A stretch of DNA of 64,000 nt from the human T2T-CHM13v2.0 reference genome, Homo sapiens. The notes under the pieces are model-generated. The model searched no databases, was not told the origin of the DNA, and saw only the letters and a list, made by a program, of their open reading frames with translations. The DNA lies in NCBI RefSeq assembly GCF_009914755.1, contig NC_060930.1; one strand, given 5' to 3'. Position 1 is the first letter of the stretch. The number at the start of each line of letters is the position of its first letter. The position numbers were made by a program, and so were the translations under genes. This document shows positions 25,801 through 40,800 of the stretch, piece by piece.

Positions 25801-28800
25801 TGTCTGCATTCAACTCACCGAGTGGAACATTCCTCTTGATAGAGCAGTTTGGAAACACTCTTTCTGTAGAATCAGCTTGTTTGTATTTGGACCTCCTTGA
25901 GGCCTTCGTTGGAAACGGGTTTTCATCTTATAAACCCAGACAGAAGAATTCTCAGAGTCTTCTTTGTGATGTGTGCTTTCAACTCACCGAGATAAAGATT
26001 TCTCTTGATAGAGCAATTTGGAAACACTCTTTTTGTAGAATTTGCAAGGGTACATTGAGAGCGCTTTCAGGCCTATGGTAGAAAAGGGAATATCTTTCCA
26101 TAAAAGGTAGACAGAAGCAATCTCAGAAACTACTTTGTGATGTGTGCATTCAACTCACCGAGTGCAACGTTCCTCTTGACCGAGCAGTTTGGAAACATTG
26201 TTTCTGTAGAATCTGCAAGTGGATATTTGGACCTCTTTGAGGCCTTCGTTGGAAACGGGATTTCTTCCTATAAACCCAGACAGAAGAATTCTCAGAGACT
26301 TCTTTGTGATGTGTGAATTCAACTCACAGTGTGGATCCTTCCTTTTGATAGAGCAGTTTTGAAACCCTGTTTTTGTAGTATTTCCAAGCGGATATTCGGA
26401 ACGCCTTGAAGCGTATGGTAGAAAAGGAAATATCTTCCCATAAAACCTAGACAGAACCAATCTCAGAAACGACTTTGTGATGTCTGCATTCAAGTCACAG
26501 AGTTGAACATTTCTCTTGATAGAGCAGTTTTGAAACCCTCTTTCTGAAGGATCTGCAAGTGGATATTTGGAACTCCTTTGGGTCTTCGTTGGAAACGGGA
26601 TTTCTTCGTATAAATCTAGACAGAAGAATTCTCCGAAACTTCTTTGGTTGTGTGCATTCAAGTCACAGAGTGGAACCTTCCTTTGGATAGAGCAGTTTGA
26701 AACGCCGTGGTTGTAGTATTTCCAAGCGGATATTAGAGCGCCTTGAGGCCTATGGTAGAAAAGGAAATATCTTCCCATAAAACCTAGACGGAAGCAATCT
26801 CAGAAACTACTGTGTGATGGCTGCATTCCACACACACGGTGGAACATTTCTCTTGATAGAGCAGTTTTGAAACACTCTTTCTGTAGAATCTGCAAGTGGA
26901 TAATTGGACCGCCTTGAGGCCTTCGTTGGAAACGGGATTTCTTCATGTTACTCTAGATAGAAGAATTCTCAAACACTGCTATGTGATGTTTGCATTCAAG
27001 TCACAGAGTGCAACATTCCTCTTGGTAGAGCAGTTGGGAAACACTCCTTTTGTAGAATCTGCCATGGGATATTTGGACTTCTTTGAGGCCTTCGTTGGAA
27101 ACGGGATTTCTTCGTATGAATCTAGACAGAAGAATTCTCAGAAACTTCCTTGTGATGTGTGCATTCAACTCAGCGAGTGGCACCTTCCTTTGGATACAGC
27201 AGTTTTGAAACACTGTTTTTGTAGTATTTCCAAGCGGATATTTAGAGCGCCTTGAAGCCTATGCTAGAAATGGAAATATCTCCCCATAAAACCAAGACAG
27301 AAGCAATCTCAGAAACTAATGTGTGATGGCTGCATTCCACACACACGGTGGACCATTTCTCTTGATAGAGCAGTTTTGAAACACTCTTTCTGTAGAATCT
27401 GCAAGTGGATAATTGGACCTCCTAGAGGCCTTCGTTGGAAACGGGATTTCTTCATCTAAACCTACAGAGAAGAATTCTCAGTAACTTCTTCGGATGTGTG
27501 CATTCGACGCACAGAATGGAACATTCCCTTTGATAGAGCAGTTTTGAGACACCGTTTTTGTAGAATTCCCAAGTGGATATTTAGAGCACTTTGAAGTCTC
27601 TGCTAGAAAAGGAAACATCTTCATGTAAAAAGTAGATAGAATCGTTCTCAGAAAGTGCTTAGTGACGTGTGCGTTCAACTCACAGAGTTTAACGTTTCTT
27701 TTGATAGAGCGTTTCTGAAACACCCTTCTTGTAGTAGCTGCAAGTGGATATTTGGACCTATTGGAGGCCTTCTTTGGAAACGGGATTTCTTCATGTAACT
27801 CTAGATTGAAGAGTTCTCAGAAACTCCTTTGTGATGTGTGCATTCAATTCAAAGAGTGAAACCTCCCTTTTCACAGAGCAGTTTTGAAACACTGTTTTTG
27901 TAGGATTTCCAAGGGGATATTTATAGCGCATTGAGCCTACGGCGGAAAAAGAAACATCTTCCTATAAAAACTAGACAGAATACTTCTCAGAATCTGCTTT
28001 GCGATGTGTGCGTTCAACTCACAGAGTAAAACTTTTCTTTTGATAGAGCAGTTTTGAAACACTCTTTTTGTAGTATTTGCATGTGTATATTTAGAGCGCA
28101 TTGAAGCCCACAGTAGAAAAGGAAATAACTTCACCTAAAACCTAGACAGAAGCAATCTCAGAAACTACTTTGTGATGTGTACATTCAACTCACAGAGTGG
28201 AACTTTCCTCTTTATAGAGCAGTGTTGAAACACTCTTTTTGTAGAAACTGCAAGTGGATATTTGGACCTCTTTGAGGCCTTCGTTGGAAACGGGATTTCT
28301 TCCTATAACCCTAGACAGAAGAATTTTCAGAAACCTCATTGTGATGTGTGCGTTCATCTCACAGAGTGGAGTCTTCCGTTTGATAGAGAAGTTTTGAAAC
28401 CCTGTTCTTGTAGGATTTCCAAGTGGATATTTAGACCACTTTGAAGCCTATGATAGAAAAGGAAACATCTTCATGGAAAACATAGATAGAATCATCCTCA
28501 GAAACAACTTTGTGATGTGTGCGTTGAACTCACCGTCTTTAACCTTTCTTTTGGTAGAGAAGTTTTGAAACACTCTCTTTGTAAAGTCTACAAGTGGATA
28601 TTTTGAGCCCTTGGAGGCATTCTTTGGAAAAGGGAATGTCTTCACATAAAAGGCAGACGGAAGTGTTCTCAGAAACTGCTTTGTGATGTCTGTGTTCAAC
28701 TCACAGAGTTTAACATTTCCTTTGATAGAGCGGTTTAGTAACCCTCTCTTTGTAGAATTTGGAAGTGTATACTAAGAGCGCTTTGAGGCCTATGGTAGAA

Positions 28801-31800
28801 AAGGAAATATCTTTCCATAAAAGCTAGACAGAAGCAATCTCAGAAACTCCTTTGCGATGTCTGCATTCAACTCACCGAGTGGAACATTCCTCTTGAGAGA
28901 GCAGTTTGGAAACACTCTTTCTGTAGAATCAGCTTGTTTGTATTTGGACCTCCTTGAGGCCTTCGTTGGAAACGGGTTTTCATCTTATAAACCCAGACAG
29001 AAGAATTCTCAGAGTCTTCTTTGTGATGTGTGCTTTCAACTCACCGAGATAAAGATTTCTCTTGATAGAGCAATTTGGAAACACTCTTTTTGTAGAATTT
29101 GCAAGGGTACATTGAGAGCGCTTTCAGGCCTATGGTAGAAAAGGGAATATCTTTCCATAAAAGGTAGACAGAAGCAATCTCAGAAACTACTTTGTGATGT
29201 GTGCATTCAACTCACCGAGTGCAACGTTCCTCTTGACCGAGCAGTTTGGAAACATTGTTTCTGTAGAATCTGCAAGTGGATATTTGGACCTCTTTGAGGC
29301 CTTCGTTGGAAACGGGATTTCTTCCTATAAACCCAGACAGAAGAATTCTCAGAGACTTCTTTGTGATGTGTGAATTCAACTCACAGTGTGGATCCTTCCT
29401 TTTGATAGAGCAGTTTTGAAACCCTGTTTTTGTAGTATTTCCAAGCGGATATTCGGAACGCCTTGAAGCGTATGGTAGAAAAGGAAATATCTTCCCATAA
29501 AACCTAGACAGAACCAATCTCAGAAACGACTTTGTGATGTCTGCATTCAAGTCACAGAGTTGAACATTTCTCTTGATAGAGCAGTTTTGAAACCCTCTTT
29601 CTGAAGGGTCTGCAAGTGGATATTTGGAACTCCTTTGGGTCTTCGTTGGAAACGGGATTTCTTCGTATAAATCTAGACAGAAGAATTCTCCGAAACTTCT
29701 TTGGTTGTGTGCATTCAAGTCACAGAGTGGAACCTTCCTTTGGATAGAGCAGTTTGAAACGCCGTGGTTGTAGTATTTCCAAGCGGATATTAGAGCGCCT
29801 TGAGGCCTATGGTAGAAAAGGAAATATCTTCCCATAAAACCTAGACGGAAGCAATCTCAGAAACTACTGTGTGATGGCTGCATTCCACACACACGGTGGA
29901 ACATTTCTCTTGATAGAGCAGTTTTGAAACACTCTTTCTGTAGAATCTGCAAGTGGATAATTGGACCGCCTTGAGGCCTTCGTTGGAAACGGGATTTCTT
30001 CATGTTACTCTAGATAGAAGAATTCTCAAACACTGCTATGTGATGTTTGCATTCAAGTCACAGAGTGCAACATTCCTCTTGGTAGAGCAGTTGGGAAACA
30101 CTCCTTTTGTAGAATCTGCAATGGGATATTTGGACTTCTTTGAGGCCTTCGTTGGAAACGGGATTTCTTCGTATGAATCTAGACAGAAGAATTCTCAGAA
30201 ACTTCCTTGTGATGTGTGCATTCAACTCAGCGAGTGGCACCTTCCTTTGGATACAGCAGTTTTGAAACACTGTTTTTGTAGTATTTCCAAGCGGATATTT
30301 AGAGCGCCTTGAAGCCTATGCTAGAAATGGAAATATCTCCCCATAAAACCAAGACAGAAGCAATCTCAGAAACTAATGTGTGATGGCTGCATTCCACACA
30401 CACGGTGGACCATTTCTCTTGATAGAGCAGTTTTGAAACACTCTTTCTGTAGAATCTGCAAGTGGATAATTGGACCTCCTAGAGGCCTTCGTTGGAAACG
30501 GGATTTCTTCATCTAAACCTACAGAGAAGAATTCTCAGTAACTTCTTCGGATGTGTGCATTCGACTCACAGAATGGAACATTCCCTTTGATAGAGCAGTT
30601 TTGAGACACCGTTTTTGTAGAATTCCCAAGTGGATATTTAGAGCACTTTGAAGTCTCTGCTAGAAAAGGAAACATCTTCATGTAAAAAGTAGATAGAATC
30701 GTTCTCAGAAAGTGCTTAGTGACGTGTGCGTTCAACTCACAGAGTTTAACGTTTCTTTTGATAGAGCGTTTCTGAAACACCCTTCTTGTAGTAGCTGCAA
30801 GTGGATATTTGGACCTATTGGAGGCCTTCTTTGGAAATGGGATTTCTTCATGTAACTCTAGATTGAAGAGTTCTCAGAAACTCCTTTGTGATGTGTGCAT
30901 TCAATTCAAAGAGTGAAACCTCCCTTTTCACAGAGCAGTTTTGAAACACTGTTTTTGTAGGATTTCCAAGGGGATATTTATAGCGCATTGAGCCTACGGC
31001 GGAAAAAGAAACATCTTCCTATAAAAACTAGACAGAATACTTCTCAGAATCTGCTTTGCGATGTGTGCGTTCAACTCACAGAGTAAAACTTTTCTTTTGA
31101 TAGAGCAGTTTTGAAACACTCTTTTTGTAGTATTTGCATGTGTATATTTAGAGCGCATTGAAGCCCACAGTAGAAAAGGAAATAACTTCACCTAAAACCT
31201 AGACAGAAGCAATCTCAGAAACTACTTTGTGATGTGTACATTCAACTCACAGAGTGGAACTTTCCTCTTTATAGAGCAGTGTTGAAACACTCTTTTTGTA
31301 GAAACTGCAAGTGGATATTTGGACCTCTTTGAGGCCTTCGTTGGAAACGGGATTTCTTCCTATAACCCTAGACAGAAGAATTTTCAGAAACCTCATTGTG
31401 ATGTGTGCGTTCATCTCACAGAGTGGAGTCTTCCGTTTGATAGAGAAGTTTTGAAACCCTGTTCTTGTAGGATTTCCAAGTGGATATTTAGACCACTTTG
31501 AAGCCTATGATAGAAAAGGAAACATCTTCATGGAAAACATAGATAGAATCATCCTCAGAAACAACTTTGTGATGTGTGCGTTGAACTCACCGTCTTTAAC
31601 CTTTCTTTTGGTAGAGAAGTTTTGAAACACTCTCTTTGTAAAGTCTACAAGTGGATATTTTGAGCCCTTGGAGGCATTCTTTGGAAAAGGGAATGTCTTC
31701 ACATAAAAGGCAGACGGAAGTGTTCTCAGAAACTGCTTTGTGATGTCTGTGTTCAACTCACAGAGTTTAACATTTCCTTTGATAGAGCGGTTTAGTAACC

Positions 31801-34800
31801 CTCTCTTTGTAGAATTTGGAAGTGTATACTAAGAGCGCTTTGAGGCCTATGGTAGAAAAGGAAATATCTTTCCATAAAAGCTAGACAGAAGCAATCTCAG
31901 AAACTCCTCTGTGATGTCTGCATTCAACTCACCGAGTGGAACATTCCTCTTGAGAGAGCAGTTTGGAAACACTCTTTCTGTAGAATCAGCTTGTTTGTAT
32001 TTGGACCTCCTTGAGGCCTTCGTTGGAAACGGGTTTTCATCTTATAAACCCAGACAGAAGAATTCTCAGAGTCTTCTTTGTGATGTGTGCTTTCAACTCA
32101 CCGAGATAAAGATTTCTCTTGATAGAGCAATTTGGAAACACTCTTTTTGTAGAATTTGCAAGGGTACATTGAGAGCGCTTTCAGGCCTATGGTAGAAAAG
32201 GGAATATCTTTCCATAAAAGGTAGACAGAAGCAATCTCAGAAACTACTTTGTGATGTGTGCATTCAACTCACCGAGTGCAACGTTCCTCTTGACCGAGCA
32301 GTTTGGAAACATTGTTTCTGTAGAATCTGCAAGTGGATATTTGGACCTCTTTGAGGCCTTCGTTGGAAACGGGATTTCTTCCTGTAACCCCAGACAGAAG
32401 AATTCTCAGAGACTTCTTTGTGATGTGTGAATTCAACTCACAGTGTGGATCCTTCCTTTTGATAGAGCAGTTTTGAAACCCTGTTTTTGTAGTATTTCCA
32501 AGCGGATATTTGGAACGCCTTGAAGCGTATGGTAGAAAAGGAAATATCTTCCCATAAAACCTAGACAGAACCAATCTCAGAAACGACTTTGTGATGTCTG
32601 CATTCAAGTCACAGAGTTGAACATTTCTCTTGATAGAGCAGTTTTGAAACCCTCTTTCTGAAGGATCTGCAAGTGGATATTTGGAACTCCTTTGGGTCTT
32701 CGTTGGAAACGGGATTTCTTCGTATAAATCTAGACAGAAGAATTCTCCGAAACTTCTTTGGTTGTGTGCATTCAAGTCACAGAGTGGAACCTTCCTTTGG
32801 ATAGAGCAGTTTGAAACGCCGTGGTTGTAGTATTTCCAAGCGGATATTAGAGCGCCTTGAGGCCTATGGTAGAAAAGGAAATATCTTCCCATAAAACCTA
32901 GACGGAAGCAATCTCAGAAACTACTGTGTGATGGCTGCATTCCACACACACGGTGGAACATTTCTCTTGATAGAGCAGTTTTGAAACACTCTTTCTGTAG
33001 AATCTGCAAGTGGATAATTGGACCGCCTTGAGGCCTTCGTTGGAAACGGGATTTCTTCATGTTACTCTAGATAGAAGAATTCTCAAACACTGCTATGTGA
33101 TGTTTGCATTCAAGTCACAGAGTGCAACATTCCTCTTGGTAGAGCAGTTGGGAAACACTCCTTTTGTAGAATCTGCAATGGGATATTTGGACTTCTTTGA
33201 GGCCTTCGTTGGAAACGGGATTTCTTCGTATGAATCTAGACAGAAGAATTCTCAGAAACTTCCTTGTGATGTGTGCATTCAACTCAGCGAGTGGCACCTT
33301 CCTTTGGATACAGCAGTTTTGAAACACTGTTTTTGTAGTATTTCCAAGCGGATATTTAGAGCGCCTTGAAGCCTATGCTAGAAATGGAAATATCTCCCCA
33401 TAAAACCAAGACAGAAGCAATCTCAGAAACTAATGTGTGATGGCTGCATTCCACACACACGGTGGACCATTTCTCTTGATAGAGCAGTTTTGAAACACTC
33501 TTTCTGTAGAATCTGCAAGTGGATAATTGGACCTCCTAGAGGCCTTCGTTGGAAACGGGATTTCTTCATCTAAACCTACAGAGAAGAATTCTCAGTAACT
33601 TCTTCGGATGTGTGCATTCGACTCACAGAATGGAACATTCCCTTTGATAGAGCAGTTTTGAGACACCGTTTTTGTAGAATTCCCAAGTGGATATTTAGAG
33701 CACTTTGAAGTCTCTGCTAGAAAAGGAAACATCTTCATGTAAAAAGTAGATAGAATCGTTCTCAGAAAGTGCTTAGTGACGTGTGTGTTCAACTCACAGA
33801 GTTTAACGTTTCTTTTGATAGAGCGTTTCTGAAACACCCTTCTTGTAGTAGCTGCAAGTGGATATTTGGACCTATTGGAGGCCTTCTTTGGAAACGGGAT
33901 TTCTTCATGTAACTCTAGATTGAAGAATTCTCAGAAACTCCTTTGTGATGTGTGCATTCAATTCAAAGAGTGAAACCTCCCTTTTCACAGAGCAGTTTTG
34001 AAACACTGTTTTTGTAGGATTTCCAAGGGGATATTTATAGCGCATTGAGCCTACGGCGGAAAAAGAAACATCTTCCTATAAAAACTAGACAGAATACTTC
34101 TCAGAATCTGCTTTGCGATGTGTGCGTTCAACTCACAGAGTAAAACTTTTCTTTTGATAGAGCAGTTTTGAAACACTCTTTTTGTAGTATTTGCATGTGT
34201 ATATTTAGAGCGCATTGAAGCCCACAGTAGAAAAGGAAATAACTTCACCTAAAACCTAGACAGAAGCAATCTCAGAAACTACTTTGTGATGTGTACATTC
34301 AACTCACAGAGTGGAACTTTCCTCTTTATAGAGCAGTGTTGAAACACTCTTTTTGTAGAAACTGCAAGTGGATATTTGGACCTCTTTGAGGCCTTCGTTG
34401 GAAACGGGATTTCTTCCTATAACCCTAGACAGAAGAATTTTCAGAAACCTCATTGTGATGTGTGCGTTCATCTCACAGAGTGGAGTCTTCCGTTTGATAG
34501 AGAAGTTTTGAAACCCTGTTCTTGTAGGATTTCCAAGTGGATATTTAGACCACTTTGAAGCCTATGATAGAAAAGGAAACATCTTCATGGAAAACATAGA
34601 TAGAATCATCCTCAGAAACAACTTTGTGATGTGTGCGTTGAACTCACCGTCTTTAACCTTTCTTTTGGTAGAGAAGTTTTGAAACACTCTCTTTGTAAAG
34701 TCTACAAGTGGATATTTTGAGCCCTTGGAGGCATTCTTTGGAAAAGGGAATGTCTTCACATAAAAGGCAGACGGAAGTGTTCTCAGAAACTGCTTTGTGA

Positions 34801-37800
34801 TGTCTGTGTTCAACTCACAGAGTTTAACATTTCCTTTGATAGAGCGGTTTAGTAACCCTCTCTTTGTAGAATTTGGAAGTGTATACTAAGAGCGCTTTGA
34901 GGCCTATGGTAGAAAAGGAAATATCTTTCCATAAAAGCTAGACAGAAGCAATCTCAGAAACTCCTTTGCGATGTCTGCATTCAACTCACCGAGTGGAACA
35001 TTCCTCTTGATAGAGCAGTTTGGAAACACTCTTTCTGTAGAATCAGCTTGTTTGTATTTGGACCTCCTTGAGGCCTTCGTTGGAAACGGGTTTTCATCTT
35101 ATAAACCCAGACAGAAGAATTCTCAGAGTCTTCTTTGTGATGTGTGCTTTCAACTCACCGAGATAAAGATTTCTCTTGATAGAGCAATTTGGAAACACTC
35201 TTTTTGTAGAATTTGCAAGGGTACATTGAGAGCGCTTTCAGGCCTATGGTAGAAAAGGGAATATCTTTCCATAAAAGGTAGACAGAAGCAATCTCAGAAA
35301 CTACTTTGTGATGTGTGCATTCAACTCACCGAGTGCAACGTTCCTCTTGACCGAGCAGTTTGGAAACATTGTTTCTGTAGAATCTGCAAGTGGATATTTG
35401 GACCTCTTTGAGGCCTTCGTTGGAAACGGGATTTCTTCCTATAAACCCAGACAGAAGAATTCTCAGAGACTTCTTTGTGATGTGTGAATTCAACTCACAG
35501 TGTGGATCCTTCCTTTTGATAGAGCAGTTTTGAAACCCTGTTTTTGTAGTATTTCCAAGCGGATATTTGGAACGCCTTGAAGCGTATGGTAGAAAAGGAA
35601 ATATCTTCCCATAAAACCTAGACAGAACCAATCTCAGAAACGACTTTGTGATGTCTGCATTCAACTCACAGAGTTGAACATTTCTCTTGATAGAGCAGTT
35701 TTGAAACCCTCTTTCTGAAGGGTCTGCAAGTGGATATTTGGAACTCCTTTGGGTCTTCGTTGGAAACGGGATTTCTTCGTATAAATCTAGACAGAAGAAT
35801 TCTCCGAAACTTCTTTGGTTGTGTGCATTCAAGTCACAGAGTGGAACCTTCCTTTGGATAGAGCAGTTTGAAACGCCGTGGTTGTAGTATTTCCAAGCGG
35901 ATATTAGAGCGCCTTGAGGCCTATGGTAGAAAAGGAAATATCTTCCCATAAAACCTAGACGGAAGCAATCTCAGAAACTACTGTGTGATGGCTGCATTCC
36001 ACACACACGGTGGAACATTTCTCTTGATAGAGCAGTTTTGAAACACTCTTTCTGTAGAATCTGCAAGTGGATAATTGGACCGCCTTGAGGCCTTCGTTGG
36101 AAACGGGATTTCTTCATGTTACTCTAGATAGAAGAATTCTCAAACACTGCTATGTGATGTTTGCATTCAAGTCACAGAGTGCAACATTCCTCTTGGTAGA
36201 GCAGTTGGGAAACACTCCTTTTGTAGAATCTGCAATGGGATATTTGGACTTCTTTGAGGCCTTCGTTGGAAACGGGATTTCTTCGTATGAATCTAGACAG
36301 AAGAATTCTCAGAAACTTCCTTGTGATGTGTGCATTCAACTCAGCGAGTGGCACCTTCCTTTGGATACAGCAGTTTTGAAACACTGTTTTTGTAGTATTT
36401 CCAAGCGGATATTTAGAGCGCCTTGAAGCCTATGCTAGAAATGGAAATATCTCCCCATAAAACCAAGACAGAAGCAATCTCAGAAACTAATGTGTGATGG
36501 CTGCATTCCACACACACGGTGGACCATTTCTCTTGATAGAGCAGTTTTGAAACACTCTTTCTGTAGAATCTGCAAGTGGATAATTGGACCTCCTAGAGGC
36601 CTTCGTTGGAAACGGGATTTCTTCATCTAAACCTACAGAGAAGAATTCTCAGTAACTTCTTCGGATGTGTGCATTCGACTCACAGAATGGAACATTCCCT
36701 TTGATAGAGCAGTTTTGAGACACCGTTTTTGTAGAATTCCCAAGTGGATATTTAGAGCACTTTGAAGTCTCTGCTAGAAAAGGAAACATCTTCATGTAAA
36801 AAGTAGATAGAATCGTTCTCAGAAAGTGCTTAGTGACGTGTGCGTTCAACTCACAGAGTTTAACGTTTCTTTTGATAGAGCGTTTCTGAAACACCCTTCT
36901 TGTAGTAGCTGCAAGTGGATATTTGGACCTATTGGAGGCCTTCTTTGGAAACGGGATTTCTTCATGTAACTCTAGATTGAAGAGTTCTCAGAAACTCCTT
37001 TGTGATGTGTGCATTCAATTCAAAGAGTGAAACCTCCCTTTTCACAGAGCAGTTTTGAAACACTGTTTTTGTAGGATTTCCAAGGGGATATTTATAGCGC
37101 ATTGAGCCTACGGCGGAAAAAGAAACATCTTCCTATAAAAACTAGACAGAATACTTCTCAGAATCTGCTTTGCGATGTGTGCGTTCAACTCACAGAGTAA
37201 AACTTTTCTTTTGATAGAGCAGTTTTGAAACACTCTTTTTGTAGTATTTGCATGTGTATATTTAGAGCGCATTGAAGCCCACAGTAGAAAAGGAAATAAC
37301 TTCACCTAAAACCTAGACAGAAGCAATCTCAGAAACTACTTTGTGATGTGTACATTCAACTCACAGAGTGGAACTTTCCTCTTTATAGAGCAGTGTTGAA
37401 ACACTCTTTTTGTAGAAACTGCAAGTGGATATTTGGACCTCTTTGAGGCCTTCGTTGGAAACGGGATTTCTTCCTATAACCCTAGACAGAAGAATTTTCA
37501 GAAACCTCATTGTGATGTGTGCGTTCATCTCACAGAGTGGAGTCTTCCGTTTGATAGAGAAGTTTTGAAACCCTGTTCTTGTAGGATTTCCAAGTGGATA
37601 TTTAGACCACTTTGAAGCCTATGATAGAAAAGGAAACATCTTCATGGAAAACATAGATAGAATCATCCTCAGAAACAACTTTGTGATGTGTGCGTTGAAC
37701 TCACCGTCTTTAACCTTTCTTTTGGTAGAGAAGTTTTGAAACACTCTCTTTGTAAAGTCTACAAGTGGATATTTTGAGCCCTTGGAGGCATTCTTTGGAA

Positions 37801-40800
37801 AAGGGAATGTCTTCACATAAAAGGCAGACGGAAGTGTTCTCAGAAACTGCTTTGTGATGTCTGTGTTCAACTCACAGAGTTTAACATTTCCTTTGATAGA
37901 GCGGTTTAGTAACCCTCTCTTTGTAGAATTTGGAAGTGTATACTAAGAGCGCTTTGAGGCCTATGGTAGAAAAGGAAATATCTTTCCATAAAAGCTAGAC
38001 AGAAGCAATCTCAGAAACTCCTCTGCGATGTCTGCATTCAACTCACCGAGTGGAACATTCCTCTTGAGAGAGCAGTTTGGAAACACTCTTTCTGTAGAAT
38101 CAGCTTGTTTGTATTTGGACCTCCTTGAGGCCTTCGTTGGAAACGGGTTTTCATCTTATAAACCCAGACAGAAGAATTCTCAGAGTCTTCTTTGTGATGT
38201 GTGCTTTCAACTCACCGAGATAAAGATTTCTCTTGATAGAGCAATTTGGAAACACTCTTTTTGTAGAATTTGCAAGGGTACATTGAGAGCGCTTTCAGGC
38301 CTATGGTAGAAAAGGGAATATCTTTCCATAAAAGGTAGACAGAAGCAATCTCAGAAACTACTTTGTGATGTGTGCATTCAACTCACCGAGTGCAACGTTC
38401 CTCTTGACCGAGCAGTTTGGAAACATTGTTTCTGTAGAATCTGCAAGTGGATATTTGGACCTCTTTGAGGCCTTCGTTGGAAACGGGATTTCTTCCTGTA
38501 ACCCCAGACAGAAGAATTCTCAGAGACTTCTTTGTGATGTGTGAATTCAACTCACAGTGTGGATCCTTCCTTTTGATAGAGCAGTTTTGAAACCCTGTTT
38601 TTGTAGTATTTCCAAGCGGATATTTGGAACGCCTTGAAGCGTATGGTAGAAAAGGAAATATCTTCCCATAAAACCTAGACAGAACCAATCTCAGAAACGA
38701 CTTTGTGATGTCTGCATTCAAGTCACAGAGTTGAACATTTCTCTTGATAGAGCAGTTTTGAAACCCTCTTTCTGAAGGATCTGCAAGTGGATATTTGGAA
38801 CTCCTTTGGGTCTTCGTTGGAAACGGGATTTCTTCGTATAAATCTAGACAGAAGAATTCTCCGAAACTTCTTTGGTTGTGTGCATTCAAGTCACAGAGTG
38901 GAACCTTCCTTTGGATAGAGCAGTTTGAAACGCCGTGGTTGTAGTATTTCCAAGCGGATATTAGAGCGCCTTGAGGCCTATGGTAGAAAAGGAAATATCT
39001 TCCCATAAAACCTAGACGGAAGCAATCTCAGAAACTACTGTGTGATGGCTGCATTCCACACACACGGTGGAACATTTCTCTTGATAGAGCAGTTTTGAAA
39101 CACTCTTTCTGTAGAATCTGCAAGTGGATAATTGGACCGCCTTGAGGCCTTCGTTGGAAACGGGATTTCTTCATGTTACTCTAGATAGAAGAATTCTCAA
39201 ACACTGCTATGTGATGTTTGCATTCAAGTCACAGAGTGCAACATTCCTCTTGGTAGAGCAGTTGGGAAACACTCCTTTTGTAGAATCTGCAATGGGATAT
39301 TTGGACTTCTTTGAGGCCTTCGTTGGAAACGGGATTTCTTCGTATGAATCTAGACAGAAGAATTCTCAGAAACTTCCTTGTGATGTGTGCATTCAACTCA
39401 GCGAGTGGCACCTTCCTTTGGATACAGCAGTTTTGAAACACTGTTTTTGTAGTATTTCCAAGCGGATATTTAGAGCGCCTTGAAGCCTATGCTAGAAATG
39501 GAAATATCTCCCCATAAAACCAAGACAGAAGCAATCTCAGAAACTAATGTGTGATGGCTGCATTCCACACACACGGTGGACCATTTCTCTTGATAGAGCA
39601 GTTTTGAAACACTCTTTCTGTAGAATCTGCAAGTGGATAATTGGACCTCCTAGAGGCCTTCGTTGGAAACGGGATTTCTTCATCTAAACCTACAGAGAAG
39701 AATTCTCAGTAACTTCTTCGGATGTGTGCATTCGACTCACAGAATGGAACATTCCCTTTGATAGAGCAGTTTTGAGACACCGTTTTTGTAGAATTCCCAA
39801 GTGGATATTTAGAGCACTTTGAAGTCTCTGCTAGAAAAGGAAACATCTTCATGTAAAAAGTAGATAGAATCGTTCTCAGAAAGTGCTTAGTGACGTGTGC
39901 GTTCAACTCACAGAGTTTAACGTTTCTTTTGATAGAGCGTTTCTGAAACACCCTTCTTGTAGTAGCTGCAAGTGGATATTTGGACCTATTGGAGGCCTTC
40001 TTTGGAAACGGGATTTCTTCATGTAACTCTAGATTGAAGAATTCTCAGAAACTCCTTTGTGATGTGTGCATTCAATTCAAAGAGTGAAACCTCCCTTTTC
40101 ACAGAGCAGTTTTGAAACACTGTTTTTGTAGGATTTCCAAGGGGATATTTATAGCGCATTGAGCCTACGGCGGAAAAAGAAACATCTTCCTATAAAAACT
40201 AGACAGAATACTTCTCAGAATCTGCTTTGCGATGTGTGCGTTCAACTCACAGAGTAAAACTTTTCTTTTGATAGAGCAGTTTTGAAACACTCTTTTTGTA
40301 GTATTTGCATGTGTATATTTAGAGCGCATTGAAGCCCACAGTAGAAAAGGAAATAACTTCACCTAAAACCTAGACAGAAGCAATCTCAGAAACTACTTTG
40401 TGATGTGTACATTCAACTCACAGAGTGGAACTTTCCTCTTTATAGAGCAGTGTTGAAACACTCTTTTTGTAGAAACTGCAAGTGGATATTTGGACCTCTT
40501 TGAGGCCTTCGTTGGAAACGGGATTTCTTCCTATAACCCTAGACAGAAGAATTTTCAGAAACCTCATTGTGATGTGTGCGTTCATCTCACAGAGTGGAGT
40601 CTTCCGTTTGATAGAGAAGTTTTGAAACCCTGTTCTTGTAGGATTTCCAAGTGGATATTTAGACCACTTTGAAGCCTATGATAGAAAAGGAAACATCTTC
40701 ATGGAAAACATAGATAGAATCATCCTCAGAAACAACTTTGTGATGTGTGCGTTGAACTCACCGTCTTTAACCTTTCTTTTGGTAGAGAAGTTTTGAAACA

